From assembly GCA_027331445.1 (NCBI GenBank), contig DAHWUD010000003.1, positions 2,704 through 66,703 on the forward strand: a stretch of 64,000 nt of DNA, written 5' to 3'. Under the pieces are notes generated by a model. The model ran no database searches and was not told the origin of the DNA. It saw nothing but the letters and a program-made list of their open reading frames with translations. Made by a program: the position numbers and the translations under genes. Positions within the stretch are counted from its first letter, which is position 1; each line of letters begins with the position of its first letter. Source of the DNA: Candidatus Amesbacteria bacterium. Lineage in GTDB: Bacteria > Patescibacteriota > Microgenomatia > CAZETR01 > Amesbacteraceae. Below, in pieces: positions 38,545-47,922 of this stretch.

Positions 38545-39580
38545 CGACATAATCGAAGACGATTCGGGGGTCGTCATTTTTGGGCAGCAGGATCCATTGA
38601 TTATCATAGCGGGGCGAGAGCGGAGGATTGTAGAGCTGGTCGGGTTCGGAAATGGTAAAAGAGGCGGGCTGAACGCGGCGCAGAGACCAGACCAGGCGGG
38701 CCAGGGAATAATATTGGGGAGGACGAATGTCCGTGGCCGTGGAAGAGGTAAACAGGCGGAACAGATCCAGATAAAGACGGGGGTGGCGGAGAACGGCCGG
38801 GGAGGAAAGTCGGGAAATAAAGGCTTTAATGACTTTTTCCTGGCGGGCGGAACGGCCAAAATCGGTACCTTCAACCGGGTCGGAGGAATAACGGGAGCGA
38901 ACAAATTCCAGGGCAGTGGTCCCGTCAAAATGGGCCGGGCCGGCGGTAAACTGCACGGTCCGGTAACGGCAGGCATACGTGAGGTCGCCGCCACAGGGAT
39001 CATTTTCTTTGCCGGTAATGGGATAATGAGAGTCGGTAAACGAGCGGTCGACGGTGACGTTTATGCCCCCCACTAAGTCTATGGCCTGCCGGAAGGTGGT
39101 AAAGTCCAACAGAACGGCATAATCTACGGGCTGGTTAATTGTTTCGGAGACGGCGGACTCGGCCAATAGCAGGCCGCCTGCAGTAGCCGCCTTTTGCGAG
39201 CCGTAATGATAGGCGGTGTTAATTTTGGCCCGCATGGAACTGACCCAGAGGTCGCGGGGAACGGAAATCAGGGTAAGTTTCTGATGAACAGGATCGGCAG
39301 AGACAAAGATGATGGTGTCGGTAAGATCGAAGCCGTCGTGGTTGCCCCCGCCGATACCCAGAAGCAAAAAATTGGTCCGGCCGGAGTGAGTAGCCAGGGC
39401 GGAACCGGTAAACTGATTTAAAAAAGCGGAAATTTGAGAGACCGGACCACGAAAGAGGAAAAACAGACCCGCTAGCAGCAGCAGGCTGACCAGGATGCCG
39501 GCCAGGCGGACAAAAACAATATGAGAGAGCAGCTGACGGCGCAGGCGGTTTACAAACAGGTGAGTTCTGGTAAGCTGCAT
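38522..39580 (-). CDS. LytR-CpsA-Psr (LCP) family glycopolymer-peptidoglycan ligase
   Basis: TDTIIFVSADPVHQKLTLISVPRDLWV...INTAY core; N-terminal TM. Start at MQLTRTH. Confidence 0.8.
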   Translation of the reverse strand: MQLTRTHLFVNRLRRQLLSHIVFVRLAGILVSLLLLAGLFFLFRGPVSQISAFLNQFTGSALATHSGRTNFLLLGIGGGNHDGFDLTDTIIFVSADPVHQKLTLISVPRDLWVSSMRAKINTAYHYGSQKAATAGGLLLAESAVSETINQPVDYAVLLDFTTFRQAIDLVGGINVTVDRSFTDSHYPITGKENDPCGGDLTYACRYRTVQFTAGPAHFDGTTALEFVRSRYSSDPVEGTDFGRSARQEKVIKAFISRLSSPAVLRHPRLYLDLFRLFTSSTATDIRPPQYYSLARLVWSLRRVQPASFTISEPDQLYNPPLSPRYDNQWILLPKNDDPRIVFDYVAKILGTP

Positions 39581-39583
39581 ACT

Positions 39584-41455
39584 GTGACAGAAATTTTGAA
39601 GGGCCTGAACCCGGCCCAATTTAAAGCTGTAAAAATAGAGAGCGGACCCTTGCTCATTTTAGCAGGAGCGGGAAGCGGGAAGACAAGGGTACTTACCTAT
39701 AGGGTAGCATATTTGATAAAAGAGGGCGGGGTGGCGGCGGAGAACATCCTACTTCTGACATTTACCAACAAAGCGGCAGAAGAAATGATGCGCCGGGTGA
39801 CGGTGCTGGTGGGGAAAAATTCCGGGCGGGTCACGGGGGGGACATTCCACAGCTTTTGCGCCAGAATCCTGCGCCGGTTCGCGGCAGAAGCGGGCGAGGA
39901 CGAGAAGTTTGTGATCTTTGATACGGCGGATCAGCTGGATACGGTAAGGGCGGCCATGAGCCGACTGGGAGTGGACAGCAAATCCGTAAAGCCGGCGGCG
40001 GTACTGGCGGCAATTTCAGGCGCTAAAAACGAACTGATAGGGCCGGAGGAATACGCCGGCTTTGCCAGAGGCAACTTTCAGCAGGCAGCAGCCAGGGTCT
40101 ATATAGCGTACCAACAGATGCTACGACAATACCGAGCGCTGGATTTTGATGATTTACTGGTAAAGGCGGTGAAACTGCTGCAAAACAATCCCGAGGTGTT
40201 GGAAAAATTACAGGAACAATTTAAATATATCTTAGTCGACGAATACCAGGATACAAATAAAGCCCAATACCAGATAACTAAATTGCTGGCGGCCAAGTAC
40301 CGAAACCTGACGGTGGTGGGGGATGCGGCCCAGGCCATCTATTCCTGGAGAGGGGCGGATTACCGGAATTTACTGCTGCTTAAGATGGACTACCCCGATC
40401 TGGTGACGATAAATCTGGAACAGAATTACCGGTCGACACAGACAATACTGGATGCGGCATACCGGGTGATTTCCAAAAATAAAAACCATCCCATCCTGAA
40501 GTTGTGGACGGAAAGAGGAGGGGGAGAAAAAATCAAGGTGTTTGAAGCGGAGACGGAACTGCAGGAGGCACAGTTTGTGCTGCAGGAAATCAATGAGGGG
40601 GTACTGAGGGGAAAGGAGCTAGCGGATTTTGCGGTTTTGTACCGGACAAACGCGCAGTCGCGGGTGCTGGAAGAGGCGTTTTTACACGCCGGAGTACCCT
40701 ATTCCCTGGTGGGAGGGGTAAGATTTTACGAACGCCGGGAAATCAAAGACGTGCTGGCATATTTGCGGATTCTAATAAATCCTGAGGACGAGATCTCCCG
40801 AAAAAGAGCGGAAAAAATGGGAAAAAGAACCCTGGCCAAATTCGACGAGGAATTTAAAGATTACGATTTAAATCGGGAAACTTTGAAAATACTGGACGAA
40901 GTGCTGGAAAAAACGGGGTACCTGAAACAGTACAACGAGCTGGTGGAGGAAGACGCCATGCGGCTGGAGAACCTGAAGGAACTGCGCAGTGTGGCGACAC
41001 AGTTTCCCCGGCTGGTGGATTTTTTGGAAAATATCGCCCTGACTGAACGGGAGAGCAGAAGCCGGTCGGCCAATACGGGACAGGGGGCGGTGACGTTAAT
41101 GACGATGCATGCAGCTAAGGGACTGGAATTTAAGGCGGTGTTTCTGGTGGGGATGGAAGAAGGACTGTTTCCCCATTCCAGAGCCCTGATGGATCCCACG
41201 CAAATGGAGGAGGAAAGACGGCTGTGCTACGTGGGAATTACGCGGGCGATGGACCAACTATATATGACTTATGCCCAAAGGCGGCTGTTTTTCGGGACAC
41301 GAAGCAGCAATATGGTGTCGAGATTTTTGGCGGATATCCCGGAAACGCTGATTTCCGCGAATACAAAGCAGCTGGTGACAAAAAGGGTGAGCCAAAATTG
41401 GGGATTTGACGAGAACGGAGTGTGGCAGTGGAAACCGGACGAGGTGGATTTTTAG
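39584..41455 (+). CDS. pcrA: UvrD/PcrA-type ATP-dependent DNA helicase
   Basis: LLILAGAGSGKTRVLTYRVAYLI (motif I), VDEYQDTN (II), ...GDAAQAIYSWRGAD, VTLMTMHAAKGLEF (V/VI). Start proposed at GTG 39584 (LKGLNP is N-terminal in PcrA); the listed ORF starts at ATG 39521. Confidence 0.85.
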   Translation: MTEILKGLNPAQFKAVKIESGPLLILAGAGSGKTRVLTYRVAYLIKEGGVAAENILLLTFTNKAAEEMMRRVTVLVGKNSGRVTGGTFHSFCARILRRFAAEAGEDEKFVIFDTADQLDTVRAAMSRLGVDSKSVKPAAVLAAISGAKNELIGPEEYAGFARGNFQQAAARVYIAYQQMLRQYRALDFDDLLVKAVKLLQNNPEVLEKLQEQFKYILVDEYQDTNKAQYQITKLLAAKYRNLTVVGDAAQAIYSWRGADYRNLLLLKMDYPDLVTINLEQNYRSTQTILDAAYRVISKNKNHPILKLWTERGGGEKIKVFEAETELQEAQFVLQEINEGVLRGKELADFAVLYRTNAQSRVLEEAFLHAGVPYSLVGGVRFYERREIKDVLAYLRILINPEDEISRKRAEKMGKRTLAKFDEEFKDYDLNRETLKILDEVLEKTGYLKQYNELVEEDAMRLENLKELRSVATQFPRLVDFLENIALTERESRSRSANTGQGAVTLMTMHAAKGLEFKAVFLVGMEEGLFPHSRALMDPTQMEEERRLCYVGITRAMDQLYMTYAQRRLFFGTRSSNMVSRFLADIPETLISANTKQLVTKRVSQNWGFDENGVWQWKPDEVDF

Positions 41456-41499
41456 CCCAGGTTAGGTCTCTTGCGCAGGGTTTTCTTGATTACGATCTA

Positions 41500-41844
41500 T
41501 TAACTTACTACAATCGTCAAGCCTTTTTTATGAGCTCTCTTTTCCAGTATTTTGGCCAGTTTGGAATAGCGTTCCTTATGTTTCCAACCCTTTCTATTCA
41601 CATCAAATCGCTTTCCATGTGTGGTGCTCATGCTCCAGACATCCATCACTTGTTCTCCCAATCTTCCATCCGGGTTTACTTTGAAGGATTCAGCGTTTAC
41701 CCCTCGAAAGTCTACGCTGGCTAGAATTGCCAGAGCCGCCTCACCCGTGACTCGCTCATCATAAGGCTTATTTCCAGGGTAAGCCTCCCAAGCTTCATTC
41801 GAGGCTGAGGTTATATATACCCTGGTTTTCCCGTCTTTTTCCAT
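41500..41844 (-). CDS. Hypothetical 114-aa protein
   Basis: ORF only; no family recognised. Confidence 0.35.
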   Translation of the reverse strand: MEKDGKTRVYITSASNEAWEAYPGNKPYDERVTGEAALAILASVDFRGVNAESFKVNPDGRLGEQVMDVWSMSTTHGKRFDVNRKGWKHKERYSKLAKILEKRAHKKGLTIVVS

Positions 41845-41974
41845 GTTGGTCGTATCTTATCACTTCTTCCGAAGAAGTCAACTATAGGACGTTTTGCAAG
41901 GCGAATGGGCCCGGAGTTAGTGATAAAAGGCTGGATAGCAGTCTTTGAAACGGGTAATTGGATATAATTAAGCG

Positions 41975-42880
41975 ATGAGTGAGGCGGAAGAGTGGAATAA
42001 GGGGGTAAATCATCCCCTGCAATCCTTCGAGTGGGGAGAGTTTCGGACCGGCAGACAGCCGGTGTCCAGGGTGGCGGGGACGCAGATTATGTGGAGCCAG
42101 ATACCCAAAACACCATGGTATTTCGGGTACGTACCGATGGGAAAGATGCCAAGCGATGAAGAGCTTGAAATCCTGAGAATTGAGGCAAAAAGACAAAAGG
42201 CGGTGGGGATAAGATTTGAGCCGCAGGTACCCGGGGAAAAAATTCCGGAAAAATTGAGACCGGGACGAGGGTTATTTAAACAAAAGACATTTATCTGGGA
42301 TTTGACTAGACCAGAAGAAGAATTACTGAAAAACATGCATCCCAAGGGGCGGTACAATATCAAAGTGGCGCAAAAGCACGGCGTGACGGCGGAGGAAGAC
42401 GATTCCGACGCGGCGTTTGACAAGTATTTGGAGCTGATGTTTACCGGAACGGCGGCGAGACAAAAGATTTATGCGCACCAAAAAGATTATCATGAGCAAT
42501 TGTGGGCGGCCCTTAGGGGCAAGATGGCTCATTTATGGGTGGCCAAATATCAAGGAAAAATAATTGCCGCGGATATGATATTTAAATTTAAGGAGAGGAT
42601 TTATTACGCTTACGGGGCGTCGGCGCTGGAGCACAAAGAGGTGATGGCCCCGACGCTTCTACTGTGGGAGATTGCCAGGTGGGGAATAAGATCGGGCATG
42701 AAAGAATTCGACCTGTGGGGAGCGGAGGAAGGAAAGGGGTTTTCCCGATTTAAAGAGCAGTTCGGAGCAAAATTGGTGGAATTGCCGGGAAGTTTTGATT
42801 TGATAGTCAATCCGACGGGGTACAAATTATTCCGGATAGCGGAGGAGGTGCGATGGAAAATTCTGAGGCGGTTAAAATAG
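41975..42880 (+). CDS. FemAB-family aminoacyl-tRNA-dependent peptidoglycan peptidyltransferase (paralog 1)
   Basis: HPLQSFEWGEF...IPKTPWYFGYVPMGK N-terminal FemX-like motif and C-terminal GNAT-like half (YYAYGASALEH). Confidence 0.7.
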   Translation: MSEAEEWNKGVNHPLQSFEWGEFRTGRQPVSRVAGTQIMWSQIPKTPWYFGYVPMGKMPSDEELEILRIEAKRQKAVGIRFEPQVPGEKIPEKLRPGRGLFKQKTFIWDLTRPEEELLKNMHPKGRYNIKVAQKHGVTAEEDDSDAAFDKYLELMFTGTAARQKIYAHQKDYHEQLWAALRGKMAHLWVAKYQGKIIAADMIFKFKERIYYAYGASALEHKEVMAPTLLLWEIARWGIRSGMKEFDLWGAEEGKGFSRFKEQFGAKLVELPGSFDLIVNPTGYKLFRIAEEVRWKILRRLK

Positions 42881-43698
42881 AGACGGACTTACGGCAGACA
42901 CCGGAATACGGCAGATTTCTCGAGCGGGTGGGGTGGAAAACGGTGCAGGTGGCGGGCCGGCAAATGTTTCTGCGCAAATTGGGGCCGGTAAAAATAGCCA
43001 AAATGCAACGAGTAGATCTGCCTATCCCCGTTGCGGATATGGAAAGAATATTCCGACAGGAAAAAATAATTATGTGCAAACTGGAACCCAGAGAGGGGCA
43101 GAGCGAAGAAAAACTGAAGGAGCTAAAAAAACTGGGGTTTGCCCAGGATAAATGGCCGCTTTTGGGAGCGAAAACACTGCGGGTAAACATCAGACCGGCG
43201 GCGGAAGCGCTGATGAGTTCATTTAAAAAGGACGCCAGATATTGCTTAAAAAAGGCCCTGGCGGCGGCAGTAGACATAAAATTGAACGATTGGGGGGTGT
43301 TTTATGATACCTGGAAAAAAGCGGCCAAAAACAAGGATTTGTGGATTCCGCCTAAAAAGGACGTGCAGGCGCTGCAGGAGGCATTCGGGGAGAAGTGTTT
43401 CTGCCTGACGGCGGGGAAGATGGCGGGGGTGGTAGTAATCGTGGTCATGCAGACGGCCTATTACTATTATTCGGCGGCATTGCCGGAAGCCAAAAAATTA
43501 CAATTACCCTACCGGATGGTGTGGGAAGGGATGCGGGAAGCAAAAAACCGCGGGGCGCTGGTATGGGACTTTGAGGGCATATACGACAAAAGGTGGCCGA
43601 CAAAGGGGTGGAAGGGATTTACCCATTTTAAAAAGAGCTTCGGGGGAGTGGAAATTGAATTCCCCGGCAGCTTTATAAAATGGCGGTGGCCGTTTTAA
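42853..43698 (+). CDS. FemAB-family peptidyltransferase (paralog 2)
   Basis: Same architecture (LRQTPEYGRFLERVGW...; ...YYYYSAALPE...); overlaps paralog 1 by 28 nt. Confidence 0.65.
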   Translation: MENSEAVKIETDLRQTPEYGRFLERVGWKTVQVAGRQMFLRKLGPVKIAKMQRVDLPIPVADMERIFRQEKIIMCKLEPREGQSEEKLKELKKLGFAQDKWPLLGAKTLRVNIRPAAEALMSSFKKDARYCLKKALAAAVDIKLNDWGVFYDTWKKAAKNKDLWIPPKKDVQALQEAFGEKCFCLTAGKMAGVVVIVVMQTAYYYYSAALPEAKKLQLPYRMVWEGMREAKNRGALVWDFEGIYDKRWPTKGWKGFTHFKKSFGGVEIEFPGSFIKWRWPF

Positions 43699-44102
43699 TG
43701 GTAAAAGGTGTAGTCGGGGCGAAGAAAAAGAAAAATTAAGAGAATTTCGGCGACAGTAAAAAGAAGAAAGCCCAGAAAAGCCGACCAGGCGGGAGAATTG
43801 TAACTGGTCCAGTAACCACGTTTGGCCTGAGCGGGGGTGAGGTGATATTTGCCGGGGAGAAGCTGAATTCGGGAGCGATGAATCAAGAAAGTGGAGCCGC
43901 GGGAGAGATGGCGGAAAAACTGAAGAGACCAAACCGAAAAGAAAACTACGGGAAAGGCAAAAACCAACGTGCGAAACGGGTGGTCGAAGGGAGTAACCTG
44001 GGCAAAGGAAACGGTAACGGCGCGGAAGAGCACAGATTCAGTATGGCGGGCTAAATAGTTAACTGTCAACAGCTGCGAAGTCGCAGAGCATTTTGAAATC
44101 AC
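43695..44102 (-). CDS. Possible small membrane protein (uncertain)
   Basis: 135-aa ORF with a C-terminal hydrophobic segment, but strand compositional bias could create it. Confidence 0.25.
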   Translation of the reverse strand: MISKCSATSQLLTVNYLARHTESVLFRAVTVSFAQVTPFDHPFRTLVFAFPVVFFSVWSLQFFRHLSRGSTFLIHRSRIQLLPGKYHLTPAQAKRGYWTSYNSPAWSAFLGFLLFTVAEILLIFLFLRPDYTFYH

Positions 44103-46974
44103 AACTTTTGCACAGGGGAGATCCGGAGCACTTGAAGTCGGAGTGGGCTATCGCGTCGGCATAAGAGAGAATCTGCAGTCTGGCCTGGCCCAGCTGAGCG
44201 GCCGTGCGGGTGGTGGAAACTTTTTTATGCTCGTCAAAATAATAGAGAGTCAACCTGATGTTCCCGGGCGGCTGATGGAACGGCGGAGTGGGCAAAAGGG
44301 TCGCGGCCAAGGCATAAAAAGAGAGCTGAAGATCGGTAGCGGCTTGTTTGGGAGTGAGGCTATGAGCGCCGGTTTTGTAATCAACAATTTCTATGCCGCC
44401 GTCAGGCAGGGCGTCCACCCGGTCAATTTTGCCGCCGATTTTTAAGGGACCCAGAGAAACCGTAAACGGCTCCTCCAATTTAAGAGGAAGGCGGCGGGGG
44501 TCAAATTCCCGTTTGACATAATCAGAAAGAAAGGCCTGGCCTTTGGCAAAATAATCATCGGCCTGCCGACGGTGAAGATAGCCCTCAGGAATCCAGTTGC
44601 GGGCATAGATTTCCAGAATATCCGGCGAGGTGCCACGGCGGACCTGCTCGTAGAACTCCCGCAAAGACAAGTGAATGGTGTTGCCAAAACTCGAAGCGGC
44701 GTGCGGAGGAGAGGGCAACTTCAGCAGATATTTGGCTTTGTAGTGCAAAGGGCAGTCCAGAAAGGTCTGAATCTGGGAATAACTTAAATAATCAACTTTG
44801 ACGGGATGGGGGAGGGCGGGGAGAGAAGATTTCGGAGCCGGTGACTGCCAATCAAGAAGAGAGAGCTGGTCGGAGGAAGAAACGGCAGAGGAGACATTTC
44901 CCAGAGCTTCGGTGATAAAAGGAGAGAGAGATTTGGCGCGTTTGCCAACGCCGTAATAATCGGCAGCAGTAAGATAGAGCAGGTCCCGGGCCCGGGTCAT
45001 ACCGACGTAAAAAAGGCGGCGTTCTTCCTGAAGATGAAAGTCGCCCCGGGGCAGGATTTCCTTGATGAGGGCGTCAGGGACGGGCAGGGGTTCGCGGCGC
45101 TCCTGGGAAGGGAAACGCAAAGAGACCAGGTTGACCAGAAAGACAACGGGGAACTCTAAACCCTTGGCTGAGTGCAAGGTGAGAATACTGACCGCATCGT
45201 TGGCACTCCAATCCACGTCCGAGGCGGCGGGTGACTCCCCAATCTCGGTCGCCAACTCAATCCAGTTAACTACCGCCGGGACGGAGGCATCGGAATTGGC
45301 AAATTCGAAGGACTTTAATTTATTAAAGAATTTAACCACATTGGCGGATGAAGTTTCGTTGAATGGCGGGGAGTAGTCGGTGACGGCCCGGAGAAGACCG
45401 GAATCCTGTAAAAAGGCAAAGAGGATCTGGCCGGCTGAAGCCTGGGGCAATTGGCCGAGATGACGGTGAACCAGATTGACGATATCAGTCAGGGGAGCTG
45501 TAAAACCGGAGGGAAATTCGGGCAGCGGGGCGGTAAAGGGTTTAATGCGGGTAACAATTTCGGCGGCGGTAAAAAGCGGCAGGTGATAACGCCTGGCAAA
45601 ACTGCCCAGGGTAGCCAGATCACGGGGGGAGAGAGCAAAAAAGGCCGAGGAAAAAACGCGATAGGCCGAAGGGTCATCTTCCAGGTTATTTAAAAGATAT
45701 AGATAGGCGATAAGATCCTTAACTTCGGGTTGGTGGAAAAGTTCACCGGGACCCAAAAACTGAAAGGGCAGATTGGCGTGAGCCAGGGAACGGGCGAAAG
45801 GATCGGCGTGCGCGTTGGCCCGGACTAACACGGCAAAGTCGCGGGGGGCGTAGGGGGAACCGGGTAAGTCGAGGAGGCGGCGGATTTCACGGGCAACGGC
45901 ATCGGCTTCCTGCTCCCCCCGTTCAAGATGAAAAAATTTGACCGGTTCTCCGGGAAGATGGCGGGCGGAGGTGAGGTGTTTATCAATTTTTTCGGCAACT
46001 TCCAGGCGATCTGGGTTGTTGTTTTGGATAAGAGAGTAGGAACGGTCGAGAATTTCCTGGGTGGAACGGAAGTTTTGGGTAAGAACAACCAATTTACAAG
46101 CCGGGTAGGTGCGGCGGAATTGGAGAACGTTACTGACGGCGGCGCCGCGCCAGCGATAGATACTCTGATCATCGTCGGCCACAACGGTAAGGTTGGCAGT
46201 TTTCCCTGCCAGAAGAAGAAGCAGCTGATTTTGGGCATAATTGGTATCCTGAAATTCATCGACTAAAAGATATTTGAATTTTTGCCGGTAAATTTTAAGG
46301 ATATTGGGGCGAAGCCGGAAAAGGCGCAGGGTGTAGGCAATGAGATCACCGTAATCCAGAACGCCGGCTTGTTCTTTGATTTCGGTGTAACGGGAATAAA
46401 GGTGAGCTAACTCGAGATTTTTCCGGGCGTCAAGCTGCAGGGTAGGATCGGCTGAGGCCAGGTCGGGCTGAGAAGAGGCCCAGGATAAATATTCGGCCGG
46501 GGTAATATCTTCGTCCTGAAGACGACTGAAGTGCTGAAGGAGGCTGCCGATGAATTTGGCGGGGTTACCCAGGGGGCGAAAATAATCAGCGGGGAGAGAA
46601 AATAAATGCCGGCGCAAGAGGGCGACGGAGTCGGCCTCGGTGAGGAGACGAAAGTTGGAAGACAGACCGATATGTAGACCCTCATCCCGCAGCAGGCGGT
46701 CACAAAAGGCATGAAAGGTCATGACCCACATTTGGGTAAATCCCAAAGGCAAGGCCAGGTCGATCCGCTCCTCCATTTCACGGGAGGCTTTTTCGGTGAA
46801 AGTCAGAGCCAGAATTTCTTCGGGCAAGGCGAGATGGCGGGAGATCAGCCACCTGACGCGCTCGGTAATGACGGTGGTTTTGCCGGTGCCGGCGCCGGCG
46901 ATAATAAGGAGGGGGCCGGAACCATGATGAACGGCGGCAAGCTGCTGACGGTTAAGTTTCTTTTCGCCGGACAT
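44059..46974 (-). CDS. UvrD-like helicase fused to a RecB/Cas4-type PD-(D/E)XK Fe-S nuclease (AddA/AdnB-like)
   Basis: N-terminal LLIIAGAGTGKTTVITERVRWLI and VDEFQDTN helicase motifs; C-terminal ...DCPLHYKAKY...GKIDRVD..IVDYKTG...CSGSPLCKSCDFKMLC (Cys at the domain start plus a C-x2-C-x5-C cluster). Start at MSGEKKLN. Confidence 0.8.
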   Translation of the reverse strand: MSGEKKLNRQQLAAVHHGSGPLLIIAGAGTGKTTVITERVRWLISRHLALPEEILALTFTEKASREMEERIDLALPLGFTQMWVMTFHAFCDRLLRDEGLHIGLSSNFRLLTEADSVALLRRHLFSLPADYFRPLGNPAKFIGSLLQHFSRLQDEDITPAEYLSWASSQPDLASADPTLQLDARKNLELAHLYSRYTEIKEQAGVLDYGDLIAYTLRLFRLRPNILKIYRQKFKYLLVDEFQDTNYAQNQLLLLLAGKTANLTVVADDDQSIYRWRGAAVSNVLQFRRTYPACKLVVLTQNFRSTQEILDRSYSLIQNNNPDRLEVAEKIDKHLTSARHLPGEPVKFFHLERGEQEADAVAREIRRLLDLPGSPYAPRDFAVLVRANAHADPFARSLAHANLPFQFLGPGELFHQPEVKDLIAYLYLLNNLEDDPSAYRVFSSAFFALSPRDLATLGSFARRYHLPLFTAAEIVTRIKPFTAPLPEFPSGFTAPLTDIVNLVHRHLGQLPQASAGQILFAFLQDSGLLRAVTDYSPPFNETSSANVVKFFNKLKSFEFANSDASVPAVVNWIELATEIGESPAASDVDWSANDAVSILTLHSAKGLEFPVVFLVNLVSLRFPSQERREPLPVPDALIKEILPRGDFHLQEERRLFYVGMTRARDLLYLTAADYYGVGKRAKSLSPFITEALGNVSSAVSSSDQLSLLDWQSPAPKSSLPALPHPVKVDYLSYSQIQTFLDCPLHYKAKYLLKLPSPPHAASSFGNTIHLSLREFYEQVRRGTSPDILEIYARNWIPEGYLHRRQADDYFAKGQAFLSDYVKREFDPRRLPLKLEEPFTVSLGPLKIGGKIDRVDALPDGGIEIVDYKTGAHSLTPKQAATDLQLSFYALAATLLPTPPFHQPPGNIRLTLYYFDEHKKVSTTRTAAQLGQARLQILSYADAIAHSDFKCSGSPLCKSCDFKMLCDFAAVDS

Positions 46975-46994
46975 GGGGTTATTATACGGCCAAG

Positions 46995-47597
46995 ATGAGA
47001 ATTGCCGGATTGGACGAAGTGGGAAGAGGGGCGCTGGCCGGGCCATTGGTGGCAGCGGGGGTGATATTGAAAAGTTCAAGATTCAAGAATCAGGGTTCTA
47101 TAACCAGGCTGGACGATTCTAAGAAATTAAAGCATGAGCACAGGGCAAAATTGTATAAGGAGATTATCGGGTCGGGGGCAGAAGTGGTGACTGAGGTAAT
47201 TTCGGTCCGACAAGTAAACAACCGGGGCATGGGGTGGGCAAATAAAGAAATATTCCGGAGAATTATCAGAAAAATGGAGGCAGATAAATATATTGTGGAC
47301 GGAAATTTAAGATTGGGAAGAATTAACGGGAAATCGGCTAAGGTTAAGTCGGTAGTAAAGGCAGATGCCAGCCGTAAGTGTGTGATGGCGGCGGCAATTG
47401 TAGCCAAGGAATTCAGGGATGAGATAATGAACCAACTCCATGGAGAATTTCCGAAGTATGGGTGGAGGTCGAATAAGGGATACGGAACTAAAGGGCATAT
47501 TCAGGCAATCAGGGACTATGGAGCTGTAAAATACCACCGGGATGTATATGTAAACACTGTCCTGTCAGGTGATCTCTCCGTTAACAAGCTGGCTTAA
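46995..47597 (+). CDS. rnhB: Ribonuclease HII
   Basis: MRIAGLDEVGRGALAGPLVAAGVIL, DSKKL and KADAS..VMAAAIVAK motifs. Confidence 0.9.
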   Translation: MRIAGLDEVGRGALAGPLVAAGVILKSSRFKNQGSITRLDDSKKLKHEHRAKLYKEIIGSGAEVVTEVISVRQVNNRGMGWANKEIFRRIIRKMEADKYIVDGNLRLGRINGKSAKVKSVVKADASRKCVMAAAIVAKEFRDEIMNQLHGEFPKYGWRSNKGYGTKGHIQAIRDYGAVKYHRDVYVNTVLSGDLSVNKLA

Positions 47598-47922
47598 TAA
47601 TTTGGAGTACCCCTGTCTGTCTGCAAAATCCAAATGCTCTTCCTCTCGGGCCAATTGATCCGCCCGGGCACGAAGTTCCGGAGTAATCGTATGCTGAGTG
47701 ATTTCGGGGGTTTCCCTTTGAAAATCCTTCCTTACACCTGACGCCTTTTGCAGTTCTTTAGTGAGAGTCTGCTGCCAGAGATGTACTCTCTGACGCTCGG
47801 CAGCGAAAGTTCCCGGATGAGCTTCGCGTCTCATGGGACTATTAAAACTGCGGGGGGTAAGAAATTAAAGTCTGCAAAAATAGTTCGCAATGTGTTATCG
47901 CGGATCTGTCCGGCCCTTTTGG

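Noticed and set aside
43842-44054. Plus-strand 70-aa ORF in the FemAB / helicase-nuclease spacer
   Set aside because: Purine-rich strand bias generates Lys/Glu/Gly-rich pseudo-ORFs here. The overlapping minus-strand ORF is only marginally better and is reported with low confidence.
47598-47922. 325-bp convergent spacer between rnhB and rmuC as a possible structured ncRNA (RNase P, SRP or tmRNA), or an 89-aa minus-strand ORF (47565-47834)
   Set aside because: None of the conserved cores (RNase P GGAAAGUCCGGGCUCC, SRP GGAAGGAAGCAGC, tmRNA tRNA-like GGUUCGAUUCC end) could be found on either strand. The ORF overlaps the rnhB 3' end and has no recognisable family. Left unannotated; worth a covariance-model scan.
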